Part shown: piece by piece, positions 9,706 to 20,605 of the stretch
Position numbering within the stretch: position 1 is the stretch's first letter
Layout of the letters: each line of letters opens with the position of its first letter
Assembly: GCA_031409895.1 (NCBI GenBank)
Contig: JANNYC010000189.1
Location: 1,975-65,974, forward strand
Direction: 5' to 3'
Source: Planctomycetota bacterium
GTDB taxonomy: Bacteria; Planctomycetota; Planctomycetia; Pirellulales; Pirellulaceae
DNA: 64,000 nucleotides
Translations under genes and position numbers: made by a program
The notes under the pieces: generated by a model
The model's database searches: none
The model's input: only the letters and a program-made list of their open reading frames with translations
Told to the model about the DNA's origin: nothing

Positions 9706-11901
9706 ATGGCAACGATCAACGCAAAAAAGTATCGCTACGTCAATTATCTTTGGGATAATGCCAAAGCCAGCCGGCACAGTCCGGTCGAGATGCTTGTCTA
9801 TCGCTCCAACATTCTGGGCTCGGACGGGCGAATCACGAATACGGGCGGCGGGAATACGTCATCCAAACTTGATGAGATAGACCCGCTCACCGGCGAAACC
9901 GTCGAAGTCATGTGGGTCAAAGGCTCCGGCGGCGATTTGCGGACGTCGACGCGTGAGAATTTTTCGTCCTTGTATCTGCAAAAGCTTTTCGACCTGCAAG
10001 CGATCTATGCGCGTGCGCCGCAGCGCGGAGTCAAAACCGCGATCGAAGATCAAATGGTTGGCTTGTACTCGCATTGCACGTTCAATCTCAACCCGCGAGC
10101 TACGTCGATTGATACGCCGCTGCATGCGTTTATTCCTTTCAAGCACGTTGACCATACGCATCCGAATTCGGTGATTGCGGTTGCCGCAACCCGCCGCTCG
10201 CGCGAACTGACTCAAGAAATTTTTGGCGACGAGATTATTTGGACTCCTTGGATGCGGCCTGGTTTCGAATTGGGATTGGCCTTGGAAAAAGTCTGGCAAC
10301 AAAACGAACGATGCCGCGGCGTTGTGATGGGGCAGCACGGTTTGATCAATGGCGACGACGACCCCAAGGTGTGTTACGAATTAAGCTTGGACTTAATCGA
10401 AAAAGCGGCTCAGTTTATTGATTCGAAGGATAAAGGGACGCTGACTTTTGGCGGGCAAAAGTATGCTCCTATTGGCGACGTCCAACGCGATGACGTTCTG
10501 AAACAACTGTTGCCGTGGTTGCGCGGGCAGCTTTCGGGAAAGCAACGAGTCATTGGAACGGTTCAATGCGACGCCAACATGCTGCGGTTCGTCAACAGCC
10601 TCGACGCGCCACGGCTTGCGGAGCTGGGGACAAGTTGCCCCGACCACTTTTTGCGGACAAAGATCAAACCGCTTTACGTAGATTGGAATCCGGCCGCGCA
10701 GAATTTCGACGACTTGCGGCAGAAACTTGAGACAGGCATCGAGCAATATCGGCGCGACTATGCGGCTTATTATGAACGGTGCAAGCGGTCCGATTCGCCC
10801 ACGATGCGGGACGCGAACCCGTCGGTAATTTTGGTACCCGGCATCGGAATGATCGCTTGGGGCAAGACCAAGAGCGAATCTCGGGTCACAGCCGAATTTT
10901 ATAACTGTGCTGTTGAGGTGATGCGCGGCGCCGAAGCGATCGACGAATACATCGCACTGCCCGAACAAGAAGCATTTGACATCGAGTATTGGTTGCTCGA
11001 AGAGGCAAAGTTAAAACGAATGCCAGCCGAGAAGCAATACGCGCGTCGAGTCGTGCTGGTGGTCGGAGCGGGCAGCGGCATTGGCAGAATCACCGCGCAT
11101 CGGTTGGCGGGCGAAGGTGCGCACGTCGTATGCGCCGATTTGGACTTGGCCACGGCGGAAAAAACCGCGCAAGAACTAACTGCCAAATGGGGTGCGGGAA
11201 TCGGCGTTGCTGGAACTGGCATTTCTGGCTGCGGCTCGGCGATCGCGGTCGCACTGGACGTCACGAAACGAGAGAGCGTTCAAACGGCTTTGCTGAAAAC
11301 GCTATGGGCCTACGGCGGTTTGGACCATGTCGTAGTGACTTCGGGGCTATACGTTTCGCCGGACGCTCAAGGATCGATCCCCGACGCGCGCTGGGTCGAT
11401 ACTTTTAACGTGAACGTCACCGGCATCTTTCTCGTAGCAGACGAAGCAAAAAGAACTTGGGACGCCCAAGCACTTCGCGGCAGTATGGTCGTGACGACTA
11501 GCGTGAACGGTGTTGTGTCCAAACGAGGAAGTTTGGCCTACGATGCGAGCAAAGCAGCCGCCAATCATTTGATTCGCGAATTGGCGGTCGAATTGGCACC
11601 TCGTATTCGAGTCAACGCGGTCGCTCCCGCGACGGTGGTTGCCGGCTCGGCGATGTTTCCGCGTGATCGAGTGATCGCTTCGTTGGCGAAATACAAAATC
11701 ACTTTCGCAGAGTCGGAATCGACCGAGGCTTTGCGCGATAAGCTCGCAATGTTCTACGCCGAACGGACTTTGACCAAGACGCCGATCTTGCCCGAGGATC
11801 AGGCCGAAGCGATTCTGTTTTTGCTTGGCGATCAATCGCAGCGAACCACCGGGCAGATATTGTCAGTCGATGGCGGGTTGCAAGAAGCTTTCATGCGATG
11901 A
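9706..11901 (+). CDS. bifunctional rhamnulose-1-phosphate aldolase / short-chain dehydrogenase
   Basis: About 730 aa. The N-terminal class II aldolase-like region (NTGGGNTSSK, HxDHTHP) is fused to a C-terminal SDR (VVGAGSGIGR ... YDASKAA). The first ATG at 9706 is preferred over GTG at 9670. Confidence 0.85.
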   Translation: MATINAKKYRYVNYLWDNAKASRHSPVEMLVYRSNILGSDGRITNTGGGNTSSKLDEIDPLTGETVEVMWVKGSGGDLRTSTRENFSSLYLQKLFDLQAIYARAPQRGVKTAIEDQMVGLYSHCTFNLNPRATSIDTPLHAFIPFKHVDHTHPNSVIAVAATRRSRELTQEIFGDEIIWTPWMRPGFELGLALEKVWQQNERCRGVVMGQHGLINGDDDPKVCYELSLDLIEKAAQFIDSKDKGTLTFGGQKYAPIGDVQRDDVLKQLLPWLRGQLSGKQRVIGTVQCDANMLRFVNSLDAPRLAELGTSCPDHFLRTKIKPLYVDWNPAAQNFDDLRQKLETGIEQYRRDYAAYYERCKRSDSPTMRDANPSVILVPGIGMIAWGKTKSESRVTAEFYNCAVEVMRGAEAIDEYIALPEQEAFDIEYWLLEEAKLKRMPAEKQYARRVVLVVGAGSGIGRITAHRLAGEGAHVVCADLDLATAEKTAQELTAKWGAGIGVAGTGISGCGSAIAVALDVTKRESVQTALLKTLWAYGGLDHVVVTSGLYVSPDAQGSIPDARWVDTFNVNVTGIFLVADEAKRTWDAQALRGSMVVTTSVNGVVSKRGSLAYDASKAAANHLIRELAVELAPRIRVNAVAPATVVAGSAMFPRDRVIASLAKYKITFAESESTEALRDKLAMFYAERTLTKTPILPEDQAEAILFLLGDQSQRTTGQILSVDGGLQEAFMR

Positions 11902-11904
11902 GCG

Positions 11905-13389
11905 ATGAACGACGCATATATTGCAATCGATCTGGGAGCCGAATCGGGGCGCGTGATCGCCGTTCAGTTGCTTGACGAACGCATCTCGCTGCACGAATTG
12001 CATCGTTTTTCAAATCAGCCGGTTGCGTTGCCGAGTGGACTTCACTGGGACATCGCAAGTCTGTGGCGCGAGATCGTCGCGGGCCTGACGAAAACGGCTG
12101 CGTGGGCCAAGACGGCAAACGTCCGTTTGGTTTCGGTTGGCGTAGATGCTTGGGGAGTCGACTGGGCGCTGCTCTCGGCAACCGGCGAATTGGTCGGATT
12201 GCCACACGCTTATCGCGACGATCGCTATCCGAAAGCTTGTGAACATGCGATCAAGCTCGTTTCGGCTGGGGAAATCTACGACATAACCGGCATCCAACTC
12301 ATGCCGATCAACACAATCTTTTCGCTTTTTGCTCAGCGGCAATCGGGTCCGGAATTGTTTGCGGCTGCGACCAGTCTCGTGTTCATTCCAGACTTGATTC
12401 ACTTTTGGCTCAGCGGCCAAGTCGCGATCGAATCCACGATCGCGTCGACCAGTCAGTTGATCGACGTTCGCACGCGAAACTGGTCAAATCATTTGCTTGA
12501 GCGATTGAATTTGCCTTTGAACATTTTTTCGCCAACGCGCGATCCCGGTAGCGTCTTGGGTCCGATTCGTTCCGCGCTCGCCCTTGCAACCGGTTTGCCC
12601 TCAGATTTACAAGTCGTTTTGCCACCATCGCACGACACCGCCAGCGCCGTCGCTGCGATTCCGGCAACGGGTACGAAATCGTGGTGCTATTTGTCGAGTG
12701 GCACTTGGTCGTTGCTCGGAGCTGAAATCGCAGCGCCGTGCGTGACTCCGGCGGCTCGCGAAGCGATGTTTACCAATGAACTAGGCATCGGCGGAAAAAT
12801 TCGCTTTTTGAAAAACATTGCGGGGCTTTGGCTGATCCAAGAGCTACGTCGTGATTTGGCTAGCGCCGATCAGCAATTCGATTACGCTCAGCTAACTCAA
12901 ATGGCCGAACAAGCTCCGGCGTTCCGTTCGATCATCGACGCCAACCATCCTGCATTTCAACTGCCTGGCGGAATTCGAGATAAGATTGCTGCGCTCTGTC
13001 AGCAAGCGAGTCAGCCTATTCCCGATTCGCCAGGCGCTTTCGCCCGCTGTTGTTTGGAAAGTCTCGCGGTTGCTTATCGCAAGACATTTCGCACGATGTG
13101 CCAAGTCTTGTCGCAGGATTTTCAAGTCGTTCACATCGTTGGCGGCGGCGGACAGAATCGATTGCTGTGTCAGATGACGGCGGACGCTCTGAATCGCACT
13201 ATCGTTGTCGGCCCGCTCGAAGCGACAGCGATCGGCAACGGGCTTGTCCAAGCCCTGGCGCTGGGCCGAATTTCGAATCTACAACAATTACGGCAACTTG
13301 TGGCGGCATCATTCGAGTTGCAGACCTATCAGCCGTGCAATTCTGAGCGCTGGGATACTGGATTTCGGAACGACGGACCTTTATTGTAA
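11905..13389 (+). CDS. rhaB: rhamnulokinase (FGGY carbohydrate kinase)
   Basis: Start YIAIDLGAESGRV and the GxDxWGVD and HIVGGG blocks. It begins 3 nt after the aldolase/SDR gene. Confidence 0.85.
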   Translation: MNDAYIAIDLGAESGRVIAVQLLDERISLHELHRFSNQPVALPSGLHWDIASLWREIVAGLTKTAAWAKTANVRLVSVGVDAWGVDWALLSATGELVGLPHAYRDDRYPKACEHAIKLVSAGEIYDITGIQLMPINTIFSLFAQRQSGPELFAAATSLVFIPDLIHFWLSGQVAIESTIASTSQLIDVRTRNWSNHLLERLNLPLNIFSPTRDPGSVLGPIRSALALATGLPSDLQVVLPPSHDTASAVAAIPATGTKSWCYLSSGTWSLLGAEIAAPCVTPAAREAMFTNELGIGGKIRFLKNIAGLWLIQELRRDLASADQQFDYAQLTQMAEQAPAFRSIIDANHPAFQLPGGIRDKIAALCQQASQPIPDSPGAFARCCLESLAVAYRKTFRTMCQVLSQDFQVVHIVGGGGQNRLLCQMTADALNRTIVVGPLEATAIGNGLVQALALGRISNLQQLRQLVAASFELQTYQPCNSERWDTGFRNDGPLL

Positions 13390-13436
13390 GTAACCTTCGC
13401 CGTACTTGAATTGAACTCGAACCCAATCGTGAACCG

Positions 13437-15233
13437 ATGTCAAACCTTTTTCGCAAGAAGACAATTGATCGCCTTCAGGCGGACGCCAAAGCCGGCTTTA
13501 GCGAAGTAGAACAGGTGGGCGGCCTCCGCCGGAGCTTGGGGCTTTTTGACTTAACTGGATTGGGAATTGCGGCAATCATCGGGGCGGGAATTTTTTCGAT
13601 GGTCGGTAACGCCGCAGCCAGCGGTGGGCCTGCCGTCATTTTTCTGTTCATTTTCACGGCCATCGCGTGCATGTTGTCGGCTTTGTGCTACGCCGATTTT
13701 GCGGCGCGGATTCCGATTGCCGGATCGGCCTACACGTATGCTTACGCAAGTTTTGGCGAATTGATTGCGTGGATTATTGGCTGGGACTTGCTCGTGGAAT
13801 ACGCGATCGGCAACATCGCGGTTGCAATTTCGTGGAGCGATTATTTTACCGGGTTGATGTCGCGAATAGGTTGGAACATCCCGGCGTACTTTACGACTGA
13901 TTACCTGAGTTCCGCTCGCGGATTTACCTCGAAAGACGAAGTCATTTCAACGCTACTGGCGAGCGGGAACACGTTGGATGGGTTGCGAGGAATGGCTTCC
14001 GAACAGTTGTCCAGCTTGTCGGAAGGCTTAAACGGTGCCGCACTCGAAGCCTATCAAGCTTGGACGACAGCTCCTCAAGTTGGTGGCTTACGAATCATCT
14101 GCGATTTGCCTTCGCTGGCCATCGTTTTTTTGATAACGATGCTGGTCTACATTGGGATTCGCGAATCCAAGATCGCGTCGAATCTGCTGGTGGCCTTGAA
14201 GCTGGCCATCATCGGGCTTGTCATCGTCGTCGGAGCTTTCTATGTCCAGCCCGGCAACTGGAGTCCGTTTGCTCCGAACGGGTTTGGTGGAGTTATGAGC
14301 GGCGTCTCGGCAGTGTTTTTTGCCTACATCGGCTTCGATGCGCTTTCGACCACTGCGGAGGAATGCAAGAATCCGCGACGCGACTTGCCCCGCGCGATGA
14401 TTTATTCGTTGGTGATTTGCACCGTGCTGTACTGCATCTTGGCGTTGGTGCTGACCGGCATGAAGGATTCGAAGGAATTGGCCGTTGGGAATCCGTTGGC
14501 CTATGTGTTTGGACCCCAAGGCGTGAATTTGCCTTGGATATCGGGGATCGTTGCAGTTGGGGCCGTAATCGCGATCGCCACGGTGTTGCTCGTGTTTCAA
14601 CTTGGCCAACCGAGGTTGTGGATGGCGATGAGCCGAGATGGTTTGCTGCCTCCAATTTTCGCAAGCATTCATCCCCGTTTTCGAACGCCTTGGTTTTCAA
14701 CAATCATTACCGGACTGCTGGTGGCGATCCCTTCGTTATTTATGAATTTGTCCGAAGTGACTGATTTGAGCGTGATCGGAACGCTGTTCGCGTTCGCGTT
14801 GGTCTGTGGCGGCGTGCTGGTGAAAGACAAAGACTTCGGGCGAAAGAATCGCTATGCGCGGTACATCAATGGCGAGTACATCCTCCCATTATTGTACGTG
14901 GCGGCAGTCGTCTCGATCGCTTGGAAATGGCCTGAGCAAATTACGAACTTGTTTAGTACGGTAGATGAAAAAATAGGAATGCAAGGCTGGGAAGTTTATC
15001 AACATCGATTACCGTATTTGGTATTTGCAATTTTCGCAACGGCGATGACCGCGCTCACATTCCTTAAAAAGTTATCGTTGATTCCGGTGCTGGGCGTACT
15101 CTCGTGCACGTACCTGATGACCGAATTGGGCGTAACCAATTGGATCCGTTTTGGAATCTGGTTGTTGATTGGCTTTGTGGTCTATTTCTTTTACGGTTAC
15201 AGCCACAGCAAACTCAGGATGTCCGACCGATAA
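13437..15233 (+). CDS. APC-superfamily amino acid permease
   Basis: 598 aa and highly hydrophobic. N-terminal GxGIAAIIGAGIF and FAYIGFDALSTTAEE blocks are typical of cationic amino acid transporters. Confidence 0.85.
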   Translation: MSNLFRKKTIDRLQADAKAGFSEVEQVGGLRRSLGLFDLTGLGIAAIIGAGIFSMVGNAAASGGPAVIFLFIFTAIACMLSALCYADFAARIPIAGSAYTYAYASFGELIAWIIGWDLLVEYAIGNIAVAISWSDYFTGLMSRIGWNIPAYFTTDYLSSARGFTSKDEVISTLLASGNTLDGLRGMASEQLSSLSEGLNGAALEAYQAWTTAPQVGGLRIICDLPSLAIVFLITMLVYIGIRESKIASNLLVALKLAIIGLVIVVGAFYVQPGNWSPFAPNGFGGVMSGVSAVFFAYIGFDALSTTAEECKNPRRDLPRAMIYSLVICTVLYCILALVLTGMKDSKELAVGNPLAYVFGPQGVNLPWISGIVAVGAVIAIATVLLVFQLGQPRLWMAMSRDGLLPPIFASIHPRFRTPWFSTIITGLLVAIPSLFMNLSEVTDLSVIGTLFAFALVCGGVLVKDKDFGRKNRYARYINGEYILPLLYVAAVVSIAWKWPEQITNLFSTVDEKIGMQGWEVYQHRLPYLVFAIFATAMTALTFLKKLSLIPVLGVLSCTYLMTELGVTNWIRFGIWLLIGFVVYFFYGYSHSKLRMSDR

Positions 15234-15602
15234 ACCGCATTCGCTGAGCGCAACGCTGCTCGGCTGATGCGAAACGCGCTATAGCTTGCATAATCCTTGC
15301 AACGCGAAAAGTTTTCGCAAGCGGACAACTTTTCCCAAGCGATTCCGGCGGCCAACGTGTTCTTGAAAACTCTAAATTTCAAGGGTTTCTCCCCGATCAG
15401 ACGTCAGTCGCGGTGAAAAATTAGGCAAACCGAAATGGAAGTTGCAACGAAACAGAGTGTTGACTCACACGTTGCGGCTAGTCGATCGACCGTCAAGCGA
15501 CGGTAGGGAGTTCGATTGACGATTCCAATCAGCGTTTGGCGATCGGCAAGGAGGGTGATCAGACGCGTTTGAATCAGGTTCTAGGAAACCAAGGGGCAAA
15601 CG

Positions 15603-16193
15603 ATGACATCCACGGGAAAGATTGTAGTTAGCATTGTGATTATGGCTGCGGCTTTTTTGACCGCGAAATATTTGCATCAATCCCCCACTTCAATTCGCGT
15701 TGAAACGGAACCGCAGCCGCAAACCGCCAAACTCAATTGGCAAGCCGCCGCTGCACCGACATCGACCGAAACGAATATTGCGGCCTCGGAAACGGCCTCG
15801 CTCGCCACGGTCCAGCTCACGCGACTGACGTCGGCGACCGAATTTGTCGACCCGCCTGCGCCAATTGCGGCAAACTCACTGATGGCCAACGTGACGCAAA
15901 TCGCCCATTCGCCGGTGATCGCGCGACGTGCCGCATTGCCGTTTATGAATTCCGTTCCGCCGATTCCCAAAAGCCAACTTATGGCAGTCGATGACGAGGA
16001 AGTCGATTCCGAGTCTGCGTCATCCGAATTCGTTCAACACACCGTCCAGTTCGGCGAAACGCTTCCGCAGATCGCTTTGCAATACACAGGCCGCCGCGAG
16101 ACTTACATGGCCATCTACCAAGCCAATCTCGACGTGCTTACAAGTCCCGCAGAAATTTCGCCGGGGATCGTGCTGAAGGTTCCGCTGCGATAA
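15603..16193 (+). CDS. membrane-anchored LysM-domain protein
   Basis: N-terminal TM segment, a low-complexity linker, and a C-terminal LysM (HTVQFGETLPQIALQYTG...IYQAN...ISPGIVLKVP). Confidence 0.7.
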   Translation: MTSTGKIVVSIVIMAAAFLTAKYLHQSPTSIRVETEPQPQTAKLNWQAAAAPTSTETNIAASETASLATVQLTRLTSATEFVDPPAPIAANSLMANVTQIAHSPVIARRAALPFMNSVPPIPKSQLMAVDDEEVDSESASSEFVQHTVQFGETLPQIALQYTGRRETYMAIYQANLDVLTSPAEISPGIVLKVPLR

Positions 16194-16237
16194 TGCTAAA
16201 AATAGCAGAGGCCAAATAAAAAAGTCGACGGAGTTTT

Positions 16238-17227
16238 CTATTTCTTGGTCCGAGCTTCCCAAGGGAATTCGCTTTGCTTTTTGAAAAGCTCCAAGTAAAC
16301 AAATTTGCCGATTAGTATTTGCAGATCGCCGGCCTCGGCTTTGGTCAGGTCGGCTCCGTTAGCCGAATAGTCCGTCACAACGAACAGCCCGTCAGGAACT
16401 TCTTTCGCATCTTTCGAACGATGTCGTTTAACGGCTGATTCCACTTGTTTAACGGCATCCGCATCGTCAGTGCCAGCCGCCAACAATATTCGCAATGGTT
16501 TCTCGACATCCTTGCCTGTAAACAGTCCGGTCTTAATCGCGTTGGTCATGCGGATGCCTTTGAACGCTTGTTCAGGCGATACGAGCACGAGGGCCTTTAC
16601 GTCCTGTCCTTGACGGAGCCCGGCCAAAACCGGATAGCTCCAATCGGCCATCGCCCAATTGACGGCGGTGACACAAGACTTTCCGACGGCGACCACGGTC
16701 AACATGTCAATGTTGAGTTCGCCGTCGTCGTTGCGCGCGATCAGAAATTTTTTGCAAGCTTCGATATCCAAAGCCATCGCTGTAAACTCTTCGCGACCAA
16801 TTTTCGCAGAGTCAATCTCAATGCTACCGGTCTTCTTGCTATTGCCGTGGCCACGCAGATCGGGGACGAGAACCGCATATCCGAAAGTCCTTTGCAGAAA
16901 GTTCGCCAGCTCGGTTAAGTCCTCGCCCGCGCCAAAAACGTCATGAAGCAAAATAATAGGAGGCGTATTCTTTCCGTGGACGCCTGCGAAATAAATTGCC
17001 GCAAGTTCAAATTTGTCCTTCGCGGTCAGTTTGACATTTTGCGGTTCGGCGAACGTCAAACTTTTGAGGCTGGCGTCGTCAAGACCTTTGACGGAGAGTT
17101 TAATTTCGACGAGAGGTTTTTCTTGGCCGCGTGCTTGGTCGCATTGCGTCGCGGCCATCAAGCCGAAAAACGAAGCCACCGAAATCAGGATCTTGAATCG
17201 AAGTGCTGAGTGGAATTGTGTCATCAT
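16238..17227 (-). CDS. secreted alpha/beta-hydrolase-fold protein
   Basis: Start taken at MMTQFH..., with signal ILISVASFFGLMAATQ. HDVFGAG and RGHGNS blocks fit the alpha/beta hydrolase fold. Substrate unknown. Confidence 0.6.
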   Translation of the reverse strand: MMTQFHSALRFKILISVASFFGLMAATQCDQARGQEKPLVEIKLSVKGLDDASLKSLTFAEPQNVKLTAKDKFELAAIYFAGVHGKNTPPIILLHDVFGAGEDLTELANFLQRTFGYAVLVPDLRGHGNSKKTGSIEIDSAKIGREEFTAMALDIEACKKFLIARNDDGELNIDMLTVVAVGKSCVTAVNWAMADWSYPVLAGLRQGQDVKALVLVSPEQAFKGIRMTNAIKTGLFTGKDVEKPLRILLAAGTDDADAVKQVESAVKRHRSKDAKEVPDGLFVVTDYSANGADLTKAEAGDLQILIGKFVYLELFKKQSEFPWEARTKK

Positions 17228-17629
17228 GGTTTTTGATTGAGTGAACAAACTTTGGTTGCCAACGGATTCCGGCAACTTGGGAATAAGCCTGCCCGTCTGA
17301 TACTATGTTAAAAGTGCGGTTGGCATGGGTCAACGAACTCGCCAATGTTTTTGGGCAACCAAGGTTGCGATCGAGAGACATTTGGCCTCGAAAGCGACAC
17401 GCTTGGAGCGAATCGACCGGCAACCCGCCGCATTGAAACATCGGCGAAATCTTCGCGGATCAAAAGATTTTGTAATTTCGCTCGTTTCGAGCCAAAACTG
17501 AACGACAATCGCCGATGGGCTTCGGCTATAATTTGGGGGACTGTCAATCGGTTGGGCTGTCTACGCCGGTGACCGAAACAAGCGAAATCGAATACTGTAA
17601 GATTCTTCTATTCTTTTGGAGACACTGCC

Positions 17630-19645
17630 TTGAAACTGTGGCCGCAGTTGCGGACGTGGTGGCAAGTCCGTTCGGGACACGACGATACTCCGCTCGACGG
17701 TGACACGCCCGTCTGGCTGTTGAGTTTCGTTTTTCATTTGGCGGTACTCATTGTTTTTTCGCTGCTGCTCATCCCCAACAAGATCGACAGCGTCGTCGAA
17801 GTCTTGGTCGACCCGATTCAAGCTCCCGTGACGCTTGAGGAAATGCCCGCCGCATTCCGATCGTCGGCCGAAGAGTCGGATCAAGTCGGCGCGGGCGGTG
17901 CAATGGGCGACGAGTTGGCGTCGAATCTGACCCTTGAAGTTGCCGCAATGGAAAAAGTTGAAATCGATTCGCCGAATGAATTGAACGATTTGGGCGCGTT
18001 TGTCTTTGACGATACGGTCGTGAGGGCGATGTCCGAAAAATTGGAATCCGTTGCTGTAAAAGGGACGGTTGGTGTCGCGGCCACCGGGGCTACGGGTGCG
18101 GTTGACCGAATCGTCGAAGAGATCGTTCGGTCGATGGAAGAACGCAAGACGCTCGTCGTTTGGATGTTCGACCAATCCGCGAGTTTGTTGCGTCAACGAG
18201 AAGAAATCATGGAACGAATCGATCGCGTGTACGAGGAATTGAGCGCGATCCAGGCTTCAGGCGCGGCTGCATTTACGAAACACGGTGAGCAGGCGTTGCT
18301 GACCCAAGTTTGTGCTTTCGGACAGAACTTTGATTTTGCTTTTCGCAGCCCGACCGACAGCGTTACCAAAATTAAAGATTCGATTCGGTCCATAACGACC
18401 GATGAAACCGGCATCGAAAACGTGTTCTCAGCCATCACGACGGTCGTCAATGAATACCGGGACTTGCGGCGGATCGATTCTCAAACGGGGGACCGCAAAC
18501 GAAACGTCATGATCATTTTGATTTCAGACGAAGCCGGCGATGACTTGAACAATTTAGATGCGGCCGTGGTCGCGTGCCAGAAATACGAAGTCCCCGTGTT
18601 CGTCGTCGGAATTCCGGCTCCCTTTGGTCGCGTCGAGTCGGAAGTCAAATGGGTCGATCCCGATCCGAATTTTGATCAGTCCCCGCAGTGGACGACCGTG
18701 CATCAAGGCCCCGAGACGCTTTATCCAGAGCGGCTGCGGCTCAAATTTTCGAGCGATCGAGATGATTCGTTAGAGTTCATCGATTCGGGATACGGTCCGT
18801 TTGGCCTGACTCGGATTTGTTACGAAAGCGGCGGCATTTATTTCACGGTGCATCCGAATCGAGAAACGAATGGTCTGCGGCGTTGGGAAACGTCGGAGTT
18901 TTCCGCATACTTGGCGTACTTTTTCAATCCCGATGTGATGCGCAAATACCGGCCCGATTACGTTTCGAATGTCATGTATCAAAAGCAGCTGCAAGAAAAC
19001 CAAGCTCGGTTTGCTTTGGTTCAAGCCGCACAGCAATCATGGGTCACGCCGCTGGCGGAACCTGATTTGGTATTCACCAAGTTCGACGAAGCCGCGTTTG
19101 TCACTGCCATTTCACAAGCCCAGCGGGCGGCGGCCACAGTCGAACCAAAAATCAATCAGTTGTATGAAATTATCAAAACGGGCGAAGCGCATCGCGAATT
19201 GGAAATTTCGCCGCGTTGGAAAGCAGGCTTCGACTTGGCGTACGGCAGCGTATTGGCGGCGAAAGTTCGCGCTGAGTCATACAACGAAATGCTGGCGATG
19301 GCCAAAACGAATCTCAAGTTTAACGATCCGAAAAATAATACTTGGCGATTGGAGCCTGCAGATTCCATTTCCACCGGCAGCCAATCCGAAAAACTTGGCG
19401 CAAAAGCCAAAACCTATTTGCAACGTGTGATCGACGAGCACCCTGAAACACCCTGGTCGCTGCTTGCTCAAAAGGAACTTTCAACTCCCATCGGCTGGCG
19501 ATGGTCCGAGATTTTCATCCAACCCCCTGCCCCGCCCCGCGAAATGCAAGCCTCCAACAACAACAACGTCGTCCGCCAACCTCAAGCCGAACGCGCGCAA
19601 ATGCTCGCACCCCCGAAAATCAAACGCCCGGTGCCGAAATTGTAG
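17630..19645 (+). CDS. membrane-anchored von Willebrand factor A (vWA) domain protein
   Basis: TTG start, one TM segment (VWLLSFVFHLAVLIVFSLLLI) and a vWA-like core (LVVWMFDQSASL ... MIILISDEAGDD ... VPVFVVG). Confidence 0.6.
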   Translation: MKLWPQLRTWWQVRSGHDDTPLDGDTPVWLLSFVFHLAVLIVFSLLLIPNKIDSVVEVLVDPIQAPVTLEEMPAAFRSSAEESDQVGAGGAMGDELASNLTLEVAAMEKVEIDSPNELNDLGAFVFDDTVVRAMSEKLESVAVKGTVGVAATGATGAVDRIVEEIVRSMEERKTLVVWMFDQSASLLRQREEIMERIDRVYEELSAIQASGAAAFTKHGEQALLTQVCAFGQNFDFAFRSPTDSVTKIKDSIRSITTDETGIENVFSAITTVVNEYRDLRRIDSQTGDRKRNVMIILISDEAGDDLNNLDAAVVACQKYEVPVFVVGIPAPFGRVESEVKWVDPDPNFDQSPQWTTVHQGPETLYPERLRLKFSSDRDDSLEFIDSGYGPFGLTRICYESGGIYFTVHPNRETNGLRRWETSEFSAYLAYFFNPDVMRKYRPDYVSNVMYQKQLQENQARFALVQAAQQSWVTPLAEPDLVFTKFDEAAFVTAISQAQRAAATVEPKINQLYEIIKTGEAHRELEISPRWKAGFDLAYGSVLAAKVRAESYNEMLAMAKTNLKFNDPKNNTWRLEPADSISTGSQSEKLGAKAKTYLQRVIDEHPETPWSLLAQKELSTPIGWRWSEIFIQPPAPPREMQASNNNNVVRQPQAERAQMLAPPKIKRPVPKL

Positions 19646-19771
19646 AATTATTCCCCAAGAGCAACCGACGAGAGTCGGTGGCACTGACACAACGGAATAA
19701 TCGCCATATCGTTAGCCCTTTGGATGAAGCTCTACCGACCTTCGTCGGTAGTTTCTTCAAGAGAGAGCAAA

Positions 19772-20143
19772 TCAAATTGGCCGCAATTGTTCGGAAATCG
19801 CGCGAGTTTTTTCGGTCATAACATCGCCGGTATGTAAAGTTGATTTGCGTTCGAAAAGCATGACATGGCATTCCTCTTCGGCGACAGGATTGTGCCGAAC
19901 GCCTTTGGGCACGACGAACATCTCGCCTTCGCCAAGCTCGACCGAACCGGCTTCCATTTCGATTCGCAGCCGACCTTTGAGGACCAAGAAGAGTTCGTCT
20001 TCGGTCTCATGGCTATGCCACGCCAAAGTGCCTTGGACCTTGGCGACCTTGACGTAGCAATCATCGACCTCCGCGATCACGCGCGGCGACCAAAACTCGG
20101 TGAGCGATGCCGCAATTCGCGCAGGAGATGTGACACTTGGCAT
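19772..20143 (-). CDS. cupin-domain protein
   Basis: 123 aa. WHSHETEDELFLVLKG ... FVVPKGVRHNP is a classic two-motif cupin. Confidence 0.75.
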   Translation of the reverse strand: MPSVTSPARIAASLTEFWSPRVIAEVDDCYVKVAKVQGTLAWHSHETEDELFLVLKGRLRIEMEAGSVELGEGEMFVVPKGVRHNPVAEEECHVMLFERKSTLHTGDVMTEKTRAISEQLRPI

Positions 20144-20192
20144 GGTTTAAACCTAAGAAACATGGCCGGCAAGTTGTTGAAACGATTCGACG

Positions 20193-20390
20193 TCAAAAAC
20201 CCGGTTCGTCGTTTACGGTTCCAGGACACCCAAATCTCTGCAGATCTTTCGCACAAGGAAAATGTTGATCTCGCGGGATCGCAGTGGTCTGGTTATTTGC
20301 GGGATTGAAATAAACGCTGTGCTTGCTACCTTCACGAAGCAACCGGCATCCAAGCGATTCTACAAGCCGTATCAGTTCCTGACGCTTCAT
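20193..20390 (-). CDS. hicA: HicA-family toxin; conserved C-terminus is in another frame (possible pseudogene or sequence error)
   Basis: MKRQELIRLVESLGCRLLREGSKHSVYFNP...AIPR matches HicA (COG1724 type). The expected C-terminal helix EINIFLVRKICRDLGVLEP* is encoded in the +1 frame from about 20270 and stops at 20213..20215. Confidence 0.65.
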   Translation of the reverse strand: MKRQELIRLVESLGCRLLREGSKHSVYFNPANNQTTAIPRDQHFPCAKDLQRFGCPGTVNDEPGF

Positions 20391-20605
20391 GGAGTCGACA
20401 GGTCAAATGGTTCACGTGAGACTTGTTGACCGATCAACGACTTTTCAGCCAACTCTCGATTTGCTTCAAGTACAAGTTGAACCGCTTCCTTCAAATTTTC
20501 CCGAGCCTCGTCCAATGTTTCCCCTTGAGTGTTCGCACCGGGCAATTCTTCGACAAAGCCAATGAAGCCTTCGGGAACGGCAATGTAGACGGCAGTGAAA
20601 TGCAT
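20387..20605 (-). CDS. hicB: HicB-family antitoxin (N-terminal HicB fold only)
   Basis: MHFTAVYIAVPEGFIGFVEELPGANTQGETLDEARENLKEAV is the HicB/UPF0150 pattern. ATG at 20605 is preferred over TTG at 20623. Its stop overlaps the hicA ATG (ATGA). Confidence 0.75.
   Translation of the reverse strand: MHFTAVYIAVPEGFIGFVEELPGANTQGETLDEARENLKEAVQLVLEANRELAEKSLIGQQVSREPFDLSTP

Noticed and set aside
14060-14764. 234-aa alternative-frame ORF inside the amino acid permease gene
   Set aside because: It shares a strand with a gene that has clear APC-transporter motifs and overlaps it. The product is Arg/Trp-rich nonsense.
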